DNA from: an uncultured Desulfobacterales bacterium
GTDB lineage: Bacteria; Desulfobacterota; Desulfobacteria; Desulfobacterales; CAJINA01
Direction: 5' to 3'
Assembly: GCA_964647585.1 (NCBI GenBank)
Contig: CAZYGG010000006.1
Location: 25,831 to 89,830 of the forward strand
Length of the DNA stretch: 64,000 nt
Every line of letters starts with the position of its first letter. Position 1 is the first letter of the stretch. This document shows, piece by piece, positions 17,901-26,101 of this stretch. The notes beneath the pieces were generated by a model. That model had not been told where the DNA came from and made no database searches. It worked only from the letters and a program-made list of their open reading frames with translations. Position numbers and translations under genes: made by a program.

Positions 17901-19120
17901 TGGGCCGTGATCTCATCGAGGACAAGATCAGCCCCGATGATTTTTCCCACGAATTTTCGCCCCGATCCGGTGGTTGCGGCCCCTGATATTGAAAGGGTGG
18001 CGTTGTTTTCCACAAGGGTGGTGTGGATGGCAGCCAGGATTTTCTGGAGTGCCTCGACCGGGCGTCCGGCCGTCCGGGTATAGAATCCGGCCAGTACTTT
18101 CCCGGATGTGCCCAACAGCACGGCCTTGGTGCTGGTGGAACCGATATCGACCCCCAAAAAAGCCTCTTTAGCGGAATCTTGCAAGGGCTCATAAATGTCA
18201 ATCTCCACATCATCGTGCAATTGACTCGAGACGGATTCAAAAACCGGGTAGCGCGATTGCTTCAGGGCCAGGGGTGGATAGAACCATTTTTTTGCGACGC
18301 GTTTGGCCCGGATGATTTCATCCGCCGACCGGATGTGGATCCGGTCCTTTATCAACAGCTCATCCAGAAGATTCAAGGCGGCCCCGGCCGCACCGTAATG
18401 GGATGTTTCGGTGACGATGTTCTGATCGACAAGGGCCTGGATATGCCGGACCACAGCCCTGTTTTTCGATACCCCCCCGGCAAAGAGAATGGGCCCGGCC
18501 ACGGCTTCCCCGTCGAAGAGTGTATCCACGATATTTTTGGCCAGCCCCAGGCAGAGGCCATCACAGATCTGGGCCAAGGAATAGCCCTCTTGCTGGGCGT
18601 GGATCAGATCCGTTTTTGCGAAAACCGCACACCGGGATGCAATTTTCGGGATTGGGTCTGAATTTTCAAAGGCAATCCGGCTTAATTCTTCGATCCCGGA
18701 AAGCCCGAGCCTCCCCGCCTGCTGGTCGAGAAAGCTGCCCGTGCCCGCCGCGCATGAAGTGTTGGACTTGAAAGCCAGATAATTACCCGCCGCATCGAAA
18801 CGAATCAGGCCGAACTTTTCCCCCCCCACGAAAAGGATGCCGCCGATGGCCTCATGGTTGGCATGGGCCGCTTTCATGATGGCGATCCGGTTGTCGTAGC
18901 GGCGATTTACTTTTAAAACGGGAGGGGTGGATGTGGTGGTGGCGATACCGCAAATTCCGGGCAGATCGAAATCCCCAAGAAGGGTCCTGACTGTCCGGGT
19001 GATGTTTCCATGGTGGAAGGCATAGGCCGTGTTGACCGTCTGTTTTTCCGGTGTGACTTCCACCATGGAAACGGATACAGAACCAATATCGATACCGAGG
19101 ACATTCGAATGAAGGATCAC
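14918..19120 (-). CDS. Acyl-CoA dehydratase activase-related fusion protein (two BcrAD/BadFG-type ATPase modules + large C-terminal DUF2229-like region)
   Basis: It has two actin-fold ATPase repeats (LGIDIGSVSV...; LGVDIGSTSTKAV...) each followed by CAAGTGSF. Total length is about 1400 aa. I prefer the GTG at 19120 because of the AAGGA RBS; the tracked TTG start is at 19159. Confidence 0.85.
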   Translation of the reverse strand: MILHSNVLGIDIGSVSVSMVEVTPEKQTVNTAYAFHHGNITRTVRTLLGDFDLPGICGIATTTSTPPVLKVNRRYDNRIAIMKAAHANHEAIGGILFVGGEKFGLIRFDAAGNYLAFKSNTSCAAGTGSFLDQQAGRLGLSGIEELSRIAFENSDPIPKIASRCAVFAKTDLIHAQQEGYSLAQICDGLCLGLAKNIVDTLFDGEAVAGPILFAGGVSKNRAVVRHIQALVDQNIVTETSHYGAAGAALNLLDELLIKDRIHIRSADEIIRAKRVAKKWFYPPLALKQSRYPVFESVSSQLHDDVEIDIYEPLQDSAKEAFLGVDIGSTSTKAVLLGTSGKVLAGFYTRTAGRPVEALQKILAAIHTTLVENNATLSISGAATTGSGRKFVGKIIGADLVLDEITAHARAAVQIDPKVDTIIEIGGQDSKFTTLKDGRVTFSTMNTVCAAGTGSFIEEQARKLGCPLAEYSVRTENRRAPVSSDRCTVFMERDINHLLSEGYDIDDALASVLHSIVENYLTKVATEHHIGDAVFFQGATAKNRALVAAFEQRLQKPIHVSEFCHLTGAIGAALSLADEPALKTTFKGIGLYEQKIPITSEVCQLCTNHCKITVAAVDRVKVAYGFLCGRDYDTGGYVNNNRSGVDLIKTRKRVFKTPAPESEGGPVTIGLPAALHMHADLPFWKHFFHALSIPTITSERVKAAVKLGKHMAGAEFCAPMSALHGHVAHLMEKADFVFLPFYLEQKTEEEGRRQYCYYTQFSPTVVSAVIPENDRQRLLMPLARYLYSSFHIKMELWRLLKSILPEKVGFFDISSAYDAATEFMSAGRKELKKIYHKKVVRDELHVILLGRPYTVLSSDMNKRIPEIFGTLGIKAFFQDQLPDPSETDRSLAPLLTEIHWHYAAKILSAAHAAAQTPGAYPVFITSFKCTPDSFVAEYFKKIIESHKKPYLILQLDDHDSSVGYETRIEAAVRAFQNHYAGARTSAAPSLVPALIPKRERQIDGHTLLLPNWDPLTLRLTTAALQREGLDVRLLEESEDTTAKGLRRNTGQCIPLNIIAQQCIDYIQNHDLDPAKTVLWNAESSIACNLALFPHHIRSILSDYGQGMEKVGVYGGSLSFLDLSMKVPINVYFSYMFGGLIRKMGCRIRPYETIKGQTDAVIEESINILSHAFSGKRSKDSALAEVITLFEAIEQQPGFVRRPKVAIFGDLYVRDNEMMNDNLVRFIEENGGEAVVTPYSSYLRMIANPYLKKWFREGLYLNVLSTKALLVTAHQMEKTYTKAFSRILTDPEPDYTGSPEEIFRQYDIRSENTGESIESVLKISYLLEQYPDISLFVQTIPAFCCPSLVTEAMAGRIERKTGVPIVSITYDGTGGNKNDAIVPYLKYPRAKAGKRVRQASNA

Positions 19121-19178
19121 AGAATTTTTCCTTAAAATAACGCAAATACCGCGCCGCAATTATCGGTTGATTCGCCTT

Positions 19179-19215
19179 TTACAATATTTTTACAATTCTT
19201 ACAAAAATATTACAA
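19179..19215. promoter_or_regulatory. Four helically phased TTACAA (minus strand TTGTAA) repeats upstream of the activase gene
   Basis: TTACAA occurs at 19179, 19190, 19199 and 19210 (spacing 11/9/11) in an AT-rich tract 20-95 bp upstream of the candidate starts. Confidence 0.35.
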
Positions 19216-19368
19216 AAGTAGCAACAGCATTTTAATCAATGATTGACTCCGGTATCCAGGAACTGGCTTTGCATTGAAAGGGTCGAATTGAAACCAATGG
19301 AAAGGAAAAAAGGGGTCAGAATAGAGGCAAGCCTATTTTACCCAAAGTGCGATATGATGAAAGCATCT

Positions 19369-19592
19369 GGACCGAGCACTCTTGCCACGGAACAGCTATA
19401 TTGCGTTTTTCCTTAAATTTAGGGTACTTCAGGTGGTATTGCTCTCTCCCATTCCCAGCTGACTCCCCCGCCAGTGGCCAAGCCTATAAATTGAAAGACC
19501 GGGAGGCCAAAATGGTCACCCCGGCCTAAACACCATTTTCGATATTTCTCAGTTGTCACAAAATCAGGAATACCATCTGAATATGGTCGCTA
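19369..19592 (+). repeat. Intergenic repeat element, copy 2, interrupted by a ~100-bp insertion (19446..19546)
   Basis: The left part aligns to 14726..14800 and the right part (TTCTCAGTTGTCACAAAATCAGGAATACCATCTGAATATGGTCG) to 14798..14840. The insertion splits the hairpin. Confidence 0.5.
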
Positions 19593-19863
19593 TGCTCAGT
19601 GTCGAAAGTATGGGCTTGTGATTTATCGCAGGTATCACAGGTTTTCAACCCTGCGATATGTACGAGATAATAGGAGTTGTCGCTGGACAAACCCATGAAC
19701 TCGTAAAAATCCCTCGGTTTCAAGAGACAATAAGTTGCCGTCAATAGTTTTCATTTTTTTGCCATGGGACTGCTCCTCTGGGTGTTTCCACTATACTGTT
19801 GAAAATGAGCCTTTCAACAATTTATAGGCGCCCTTTGCTTTTCCGGCACATCCTGAGACCAGG

Positions 19864-20649
19864 TTACCCCCTCGATCCCAGGCGAAGACCGCCATGAATA
19901 TAGAAAACATCACCGGCAAGAGCCTCATTGCGATAGAGTTCCCCGACAAGTGAGGCCACCTCCTCCGCATCAATCAATCGACTGATCGGCACATTCGCCA
20001 AAATTTTATCCAGGGCCTTCGGATTCATACTTTCCAATATCGGCGTTTTGACATACCCGGGCGCGATCGCGACGCACCGGATTCGATCGGACAGCCCCCG
20101 TCTGAAAAACTCGGCGGTCAGAACCTTCGGCATGACGGACATGGCCGCCTTGGTTGAAGAATAATTAATCTGCCCGGCCGTACCCAGTGACCCGGTCGAG
20201 GAAACCAGACAGATTAACCCCCGGCAGTCATTGTTTATCATCCTCTCCGTGCATTCACGCACGGTGAGAAACACACCGGTAAGGTTGATATCCACAACCT
20301 TTGTAAAGCTCTCCAGGGGCATCTTGTGTTTGACTTTACCGGTATCCCGGTTGGTTGACAACATGAGCCCGTCCATAATGATACCGGCAAAAGGCGCCAC
20401 CATATTAATTTTGCCGAACGTTTCAACAGCCGTATCGGCAAGCCGGGCACAGTCCTCCTCGCTGGTGACATCGCATACTACCGGTACAACCGTGCCGCCT
20501 ATCTTATCGGCAGCCGTTGCCAGGCTCTCTTCAGAAACGTCCCCGATAACAACCTTGCCGCCCTTTGCGACCCAATATCTGGCTAAAGTCAACCCGATGC
20601 CGCTGCCCCCCCCGGTGATTACCGCCACGGAATCCTTAATCCTCAACAT
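19864..20649 (-). CDS. Short-chain dehydrogenase/reductase (SDR)
   Basis: Contains VAVITGGGSGIG (TGxxxGxG) and the YSSTKAA catalytic YxxxK. GGAGG lies 7 nt upstream of the ATG at 20649. Confidence 0.85.
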   Translation of the reverse strand: MLRIKDSVAVITGGGSGIGLTLARYWVAKGGKVVIGDVSEESLATAADKIGGTVVPVVCDVTSEEDCARLADTAVETFGKINMVAPFAGIIMDGLMLSTNRDTGKVKHKMPLESFTKVVDINLTGVFLTVRECTERMINNDCRGLICLVSSTGSLGTAGQINYSSTKAAMSVMPKVLTAEFFRRGLSDRIRCVAIAPGYVKTPILESMNPKALDKILANVPISRLIDAEEVASLVGELYRNEALAGDVFYIHGGLRLGSRG

Positions 20650-20862
20650 GTAGAGTCCTCCTGTTCGCATGGTTGCGCTATGAGTTCCGGTCTTTTTACC
20701 GTCTGGCTATCATCCTGCCGATAAAGCTCCCCTGATCAACTGCAAACTTTATACCGACCCCGAACGACGGTTTGTGGATTCTTGAAAACAGCAGCATGAA
20801 TTTCATTGCCATGCGGAAAAGGATGGCACCTTGACGGCGGTTTTCCCGGGACAGGCACAACA

Positions 20863-20878
20863 TGGCATTAAACTTGCT
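20863..20878 (+). promoter_or_regulatory. Sigma-54 (-24/-12) promoter upstream of the CoA-transferase gene
   Basis: TGGCATTAAACTTGCT is a near-perfect match to TGGCAC-N5-TTGCW. It lies about 78 nt upstream of the ATG at 20956. Confidence 0.65.
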
Positions 20879-20955
20879 AATTTTCTCAGGCAAAAACAGA
20901 CGGGCTGCGTTTCCAACTGCTGCCTTTAAAAAAATTATACCGGAGGTATCGGAGA

Positions 20956-22968
20956 ATGGACCAACCAGAAAACTCAGGCCCCGCCCCCCGGCCCCACCCA
21001 ATGCTTTCTTCACTGACACCGGAAAAAGCCAAAAAAGGGAAAATCGTTTCAGCCGAAGAGGCCGTGCGAATTATTCGCACCGGGGATACCATTGCCACCG
21101 GGGGATTCGTTGGGATCGGATTCCCGGAAGAAATAGCTGTCGCACTCGAATCTTATTTTCTTGAGACCGGGGGCCCCCGGGATTTGACCCTGGTCTACGC
21201 AGCCGGTCAGGGCGATGGTGGCGCGAAGGGACTCAATCACCTGGGGCATGCCGGTCTCGTCAAAAAAGTTATCGGGGGCCACTGGGGACTCGTTCCCAAG
21301 CTGCAGAAACTTGCCATGGAGAACAAAATCTACGCTTACAACCTCCCCCAGGGGGTCATCTCCCACATGTATCGCGACATTGCCGCTAACAAGCCGCGGA
21401 CGATTACCACCGTGGGGTTGGGCACTTTTGTGGACCCGCGCAACGACGGGGGCAAGATTAACGATTTAACCACGGAAGATATTGTCGAACTGATACATTT
21501 TGACGGGAAGGAATACCTGGCATACAAAACCAGGCCCATTGATGTCGCTCTCCTCCGCGGAACCACGGCCGACACGGACGGCAACATCACCATGGAAAAA
21601 GAGGCCTTGACCCTTGAATCTCTGGCAATTGCCACTGCTACCAGCAATTCGGGCGGCCTGGTGATTGTCCAGGTGGAACGGATCGCCCAAGCCGGCAGCC
21701 TGAACGCCCGGCAGGTGAAAATACCCGGAATTCTGGTTGACTGCGTAGTGGTTTCCCGGCCTGAAAATCACTGGCAAACCTTTGTCGAAGTCTACAACCC
21801 GTCGTTCAGCAGCGAGGTGAAAATGCCCCTGCAGTCCACTCCAGCGATGGGTATGAGCGCCCGCAAGATCATTGCCCGGAGGGCTGCTTTTGAACTTAAG
21901 CCCAACAGTGTCGTGAACCTGGGTATAGGCATGCCCGAAGGGCTTGCAAGTATCGCCGCCGAGGAAAAGCTCCTGGAATTTCTGACACTCACAGCGGAAC
22001 CCGGCGTCATCGGAGGCATCCCGGCGGGTGGATTGAATTTCGGAGCAGCCGTCAACACGGATGCGGTTATCGACCAGCCATCTCAGTTCGATTTTTATGA
22101 CGGCGGCGGGTTGGACATGACCTTTCTCGGCCTGGCCCAGGCCGACCGGCACGGGAATTTAAACGTCAGCAAGTTCGGCCCGAAGCTCGCGGGAGCCGGC
22201 GGTTTCATCAATATCAGCCAGAATGCCCAAAAAGTTGTTTTCGTAGGCACCTTTACAGCATCCGGAATGGAGGTTGCCTGTGCTGAAGGAGAGCTGCTCA
22301 TCTTAAAAGAAGGGAAAGTTAAAAAATTCCTGAACCTGGTCGAACACGTCACCTTCAGCGGTCAATACGCATTAAGCCGAAAGCAGCCGGTGCTTTATGT
22401 TACCGAACGGTGTGTGTTTTCTCTATCGACGCAGGGGCTGAAGCTTATCGAAATAGCACCGGGCATTGACCTGGAAGAACATATTCTGAAACATATGGAT
22501 TTCAAACCGGTTATGGCCGAATCTCTATCCGTAATGGATAGCAGGATCTTCCGGAATGAACCAATGGGGCTGAAAGAAGACCTCTTGTCTCTCAGCCTGA
22601 CTGAACGCCTGATTTACGATCCGCGCGAAAATATCTTCTTTGTTAATCTTGAAGGCTACTCAGTTCGCAGTGAAAAAGAGATTCGGGAAATATACACAAC
22701 CGTTGAAAAGATTCTCGCTCCCATGGGCAAAAAGGTCTATACCATCGTCAACTACGACAACTTCGCCATTGCACCCGATCTGGTGGATTCCTATTCTGAA
22801 ATGGTAAAAAGCCTGATGGAAAGATTCTATTCCAGGGTGACACGCTACACGACGAGTGCTTTTCTAAGGATAAAATTGGGAGTGGCCCTGCAAAAAAGGG
22901 ATGTGGCCCCCCATATATATGAAAGCCGCACGGAGGCCCGCCGGGTGCTGAAAACGTTTGGCCGGTGA
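20956..22968 (+). CDS. Family I acyl-CoA:acetate/3-ketoacid CoA-transferase (fused alpha/beta, YdiF/Pct-like) with ~130-aa C-terminal extension
   Basis: Contains [31 protein letters not shown] and ...GIGMPEG... EPG (the catalytic Glu region). An alternative start exists at 21001. Confidence 0.8.
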   Translation: MDQPENSGPAPRPHPMLSSLTPEKAKKGKIVSAEEAVRIIRTGDTIATGGFVGIGFPEEIAVALESYFLETGGPRDLTLVYAAGQGDGGAKGLNHLGHAGLVKKVIGGHWGLVPKLQKLAMENKIYAYNLPQGVISHMYRDIAANKPRTITTVGLGTFVDPRNDGGKINDLTTEDIVELIHFDGKEYLAYKTRPIDVALLRGTTADTDGNITMEKEALTLESLAIATATSNSGGLVIVQVERIAQAGSLNARQVKIPGILVDCVVVSRPENHWQTFVEVYNPSFSSEVKMPLQSTPAMGMSARKIIARRAAFELKPNSVVNLGIGMPEGLASIAAEEKLLEFLTLTAEPGVIGGIPAGGLNFGAAVNTDAVIDQPSQFDFYDGGGLDMTFLGLAQADRHGNLNVSKFGPKLAGAGGFINISQNAQKVVFVGTFTASGMEVACAEGELLILKEGKVKKFLNLVEHVTFSGQYALSRKQPVLYVTERCVFSLSTQGLKLIEIAPGIDLEEHILKHMDFKPVMAESLSVMDSRIFRNEPMGLKEDLLSLSLTERLIYDPRENIFFVNLEGYSVRSEKEIREIYTTVEKILAPMGKKVYTIVNYDNFAIAPDLVDSYSEMVKSLMERFYSRVTRYTTSAFLRIKLGVALQKRDVAPHIYESRTEARRVLKTFGR

Positions 22969-23103
22969 CCGCCGGCTTTAAAAGGTTCCGAAACCGGTCA
23001 GGCGGGTTTACCGCCATCCAGATGATGTTCACGGCAGGGCAAACGGCTGAAAGCGAAGGCCGGGGACAAGTGTATCCAATTTGATACATCCACCCGGCAC
23101 TGA

Positions 23104-24495
23104 CTATTTGCCAGCGTTCAGCGGGAGGCCATACTTTCGTATTTTCTTATACAGCAGGGTCCGATGTATGCCAAGCAGCTCGGCCGCCCTGGTTTTGTTG
23201 TTGCCGCTCTCTTTAAGCGCGAGCTTCACCATGTCCTTTTCCGCCTGCACCTGGGCCTCTTTTAGAGAATACGCCCCTCCCCCGGTTATCTCCTCCTGCC
23301 CCCGGCGCAGATAAAACGGGAGATCGTGGTGACGGATCATGTCTCCATCCATCGAAGCAAGCGTTCTTTCAAGGACATTGGAAAGCTCACGGGCATTACC
23401 GGGCCATTTGTAGTTGACCAGGATTTGCAAGGCTTCGGCATCGATATTTGTTTCCGCCCGGACCGCGTCCGGATCGAGCTGCTTCAGCATGTGCCGGGCA
23501 ATAGGTACAATATCATCCCGGCGTTCTCTCAGCGGCGGTATATTGAGCGATATTACATTCAGCCTGTAAAACAGATCCTTACGAAATTCCCGTTTATCCA
23601 TCATCTCTTCCAGGTTCTGGTTGGTTGCCGCTATCAGGCGGAAATCGGAATGGATCACCGCATTACCCCCTACCCGCTCAAACTCTTTTTCCTCCAGTAC
23701 CCGCAGGAGCTTGGGCTGCATCTCCAGAGGGAAATCCCCGATTTCGTCAAGGAAGATGGTGCCCCTGTGAGCCAGCTCAAACTTGCCCGGCTTGCCCTTG
23801 GGGCTTGCTCCGGTAAAAGCACCCTTTTCATATCCGAAAAGCTCCGCCTCCACCAGATCCCTGGGGATGGCGGCACAGTTTATCCTTATGAAAGGATGAA
23901 TGTTACGGGGGCTGCTGTGATGAATGGCCTGGGCAAACAGTTCTTTGCCGGTGCCACTCTCCCCAGCGATAAGTACCGGGAATTGATTTGAAGACGCCCT
24001 GCGGGCCTCTTCTTTTATCCGTTTTATTGATTGGCTTGGCCCTATGATACTTTCAAAAGTATACCGGGTTGACCTGAGGTTCATGAGTTCTTTTTCGTAA
24101 AATTCCACCTTGGACTCCAGAAGGGAAAGCACATTGGCAAGCCGGCTGACATCTCTGACATCCTTGAACATCACCTGACCGAAGACCGCAATCACCTTAC
24201 CGTTCTTTTTTATGGGAATCCGCTGGACCACCATGTTTTGCCCCTTGACCATATGGGGTTGATTGATTTCGGGTTTTCCGGTTTTGGCTACAATGTGCAT
24301 GCGCGTGTTTTCCAGCACTTCGGTACAATGCCGACCGATCTGGGCATCCGGATCCACGCCCAAAAAGACTCCATACGGTTTGTTAAAATGGGTTACATAT
24401 CCGTCGGCATCGGTAACCAGCACCCCATTGTAGATATTGTTAAAAATCATCTGGTACATTTCAAGTTGCTCACGTATGACCTTTTCGGAAGCCAC
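23104..24495 (-). CDS. Sigma-54-dependent transcriptional activator, PAS sensor + AAA+ + Fis-type HTH
   Basis: It has a PAS-like N-terminus (MIFNNIYNGVLVTDADGYVTHFN), GESGTGKE, ELFGYEKGAFTGA, WPGNARELSN and a C-terminal HTH (AAELLGIHRTLLYKKIRKY). GTG start. Confidence 0.9.
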   Translation of the reverse strand: MASEKVIREQLEMYQMIFNNIYNGVLVTDADGYVTHFNKPYGVFLGVDPDAQIGRHCTEVLENTRMHIVAKTGKPEINQPHMVKGQNMVVQRIPIKKNGKVIAVFGQVMFKDVRDVSRLANVLSLLESKVEFYEKELMNLRSTRYTFESIIGPSQSIKRIKEEARRASSNQFPVLIAGESGTGKELFAQAIHHSSPRNIHPFIRINCAAIPRDLVEAELFGYEKGAFTGASPKGKPGKFELAHRGTIFLDEIGDFPLEMQPKLLRVLEEKEFERVGGNAVIHSDFRLIAATNQNLEEMMDKREFRKDLFYRLNVISLNIPPLRERRDDIVPIARHMLKQLDPDAVRAETNIDAEALQILVNYKWPGNARELSNVLERTLASMDGDMIRHHDLPFYLRRGQEEITGGGAYSLKEAQVQAEKDMVKLALKESGNNKTRAAELLGIHRTLLYKKIRKYGLPLNAGK

Positions 24496-24583
24496 AATCC
24501 CTCTTCTTTCCTTCCCCCCTTGGATGGGCAGCTTTCTCAGCCGGCACCGGGGAAAAGCAATAGTGTAAACGGTTATTGAAATT

Positions 24584-24760
24584 AGGGGCTGTTTCTAAAT
24601 TGTCTTTTGGCCCAATCTCTGAGTTGGGCGCTCGGTCCCAATCCTCGAAATACTCGAGTATTCCTCCGGTTGGAACCTCACGGCCGACTTGCCTGCCGGG
24701 CGTAGCTCGCAGAGCGAAGACTGGACCTTGAGCCAAAACCCTAATTTAGAAACAGCCCCT
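24584..24760. mobile_element. MITE-like element: 177 bp bounded by perfect 18-bp terminal inverted repeats AGGGGCTGTTTCTAAATT (extending imperfectly to ~32 bp)
   Basis: Left arm is 24584..24601 and right arm is 24743..24760 (exact reverse complement). There is no credible ORF inside, and it is a single copy in this window. Confidence 0.45.
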
Positions 24761-24932
24761 ACCTTATGCCCAAAAAGCATCAACCAAAATGACTTCTATC
24801 TTGTTCCTTTAAATTTTTATCCTGTATATCAAGTCAGTTAAGCAGAAAAATATCAATTCGACAATTGGCTTGAAACCTGTAAAGCCGGAATAGTCCTGGT
24901 GCGACCATGTGTCCTTAATGCCCCCACAGGAT

Positions 24933-24968
24933 TGTATCAAAAATTCTACATGTATAAATATTGATACA
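24933..24968. promoter_or_regulatory. Candidate activator binding site TGTATCAA-N20-TTGATACA
   Basis: This is a perfect 8-bp inverted repeat about 150 bp upstream of the sigma-54 promoter at 25098. It lies between the PAS activator gene and the SDR-TRAP operon. Confidence 0.45.
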
Positions 24969-25097
24969 TTTTTTTATGGAAAAAGTCCAAGAAAATCATA
25001 AGTCCCTAAAGCGATGATTCATGATGCAAATAATAATCCCTTATCATTCAGCCGTTATCGCCGTCTTGAACGGAGTCGACCCGGCTGTTGATAATTT

Positions 25098-25113
25098 TGG
25101 CCCCATAATTGCT
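25098..25113 (+). promoter_or_regulatory. Sigma-54 (-24/-12) promoter of the SDR-TRAP operon
   Basis: TGGCCCCATAATTGCT has GG and GC 12 nt apart. It lies 84 nt upstream of the ATG at 25197. Confidence 0.65.
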
Positions 25114-25196
25114 ATCAATTAATTAATGAATTGCGTTCATGTCAAGCATGCTTTTAAGCAAAAAGGCTAAACAGCTGAAAACTCTGGAGGGCGTTC

Positions 25197-26036
25197 ATGG
25201 ATATTAAGGAGCCGGAGATCCGGGCAGAAGAGGTACTCAAACTTGATGACAGCGATTTCTCACCTGACAACGTCTGCATAGTCAGCGGCTGCGGTACGGG
25301 AATCGGGAGAGCAACGGCTATTGCGGCGGCGGCAAACAACCTGATGACCGTTGGACTGGACATTAACGCGGAGGAGGGAAAAAAAACCCTGGAAATGGCC
25401 AGGGCAATGGGCGGTCAGATGATCTTCATAAAAACCGACCTGACCCGGGATGAAGATATTGAGCATGCGGTCACGGAGGCCGCAAAAATTGGGAAAATAA
25501 GGTACCTTGCCAACATTGCCGGGCTCCAGCATATCGACTCTGTCGAAAATTTCCCCATGGAAAAATACGACCTCATGCAACGCATCATGCTGCGGGCCCC
25601 GTTCTACCTTTCCAAGCTTACCATCCCCTATATGAAACAAGGCGGCCAATGGCGAGGCGTCATTGGCAACATGGCTTCTGCCCATGCTCACATCTGCACA
25701 GTCAACAAGCCGGTATACAATATCGCCAAATTCGGCCTCAAGGCGCTGAGCCAGTCCATATCCGCTGAAGGCGAAGGTAAAATCCGCTCATTCACCATCA
25801 GCACCGGCTTCGTAAAGACCCCTCTGGCATTGAACCAGATTCCGTCGCAGGCAAAACAACGCGGCATGTCTCCGGAAAAAGTTGTATCCGAAGTCATGAT
25901 GGGCCGATCACGCGTAAAGGAAATGATGGCGCCTGTCGACGTAGCTAATCTTTATATGTTCGGCTTTTCGCAGTTCTCCCGTTATCTCGTTGGTGGAGAT
26001 TTGCTGTATGACGGCGGGATGGTGCTGACATATTAA
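25197..26036 (+). CDS. SDR-family oxidoreductase (3-hydroxyacid/3-hydroxybutyrate dehydrogenase-like)
   Basis: Contains VSGCGTGIGRA (Gly-rich NAD loop), NIAG and YNIAKFG (YxxxK). Confidence 0.8.
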   Translation: MDIKEPEIRAEEVLKLDDSDFSPDNVCIVSGCGTGIGRATAIAAAANNLMTVGLDINAEEGKKTLEMARAMGGQMIFIKTDLTRDEDIEHAVTEAAKIGKIRYLANIAGLQHIDSVENFPMEKYDLMQRIMLRAPFYLSKLTIPYMKQGGQWRGVIGNMASAHAHICTVNKPVYNIAKFGLKALSQSISAEGEGKIRSFTISTGFVKTPLALNQIPSQAKQRGMSPEKVVSEVMMGRSRVKEMMAPVDVANLYMFGFSQFSRYLVGGDLLYDGGMVLTY

Positions 26037-26101
26037 AACCAGATTTACGGGCAACTATCGTCATGTTTGGAAGTATCAAAAACCCATTAAGGAGGAAAGA
26101 G

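Noticed and set aside
19556-19744. A 62-aa minus-strand ORF next to repeat copy 2. I considered it as a transposase or integrase fragment that might explain the flanking repeats.
   Set aside because: I could recognise no DDE, HUH or tyrosine-recombinase motif. Part of it is just the repeat element read in one frame.
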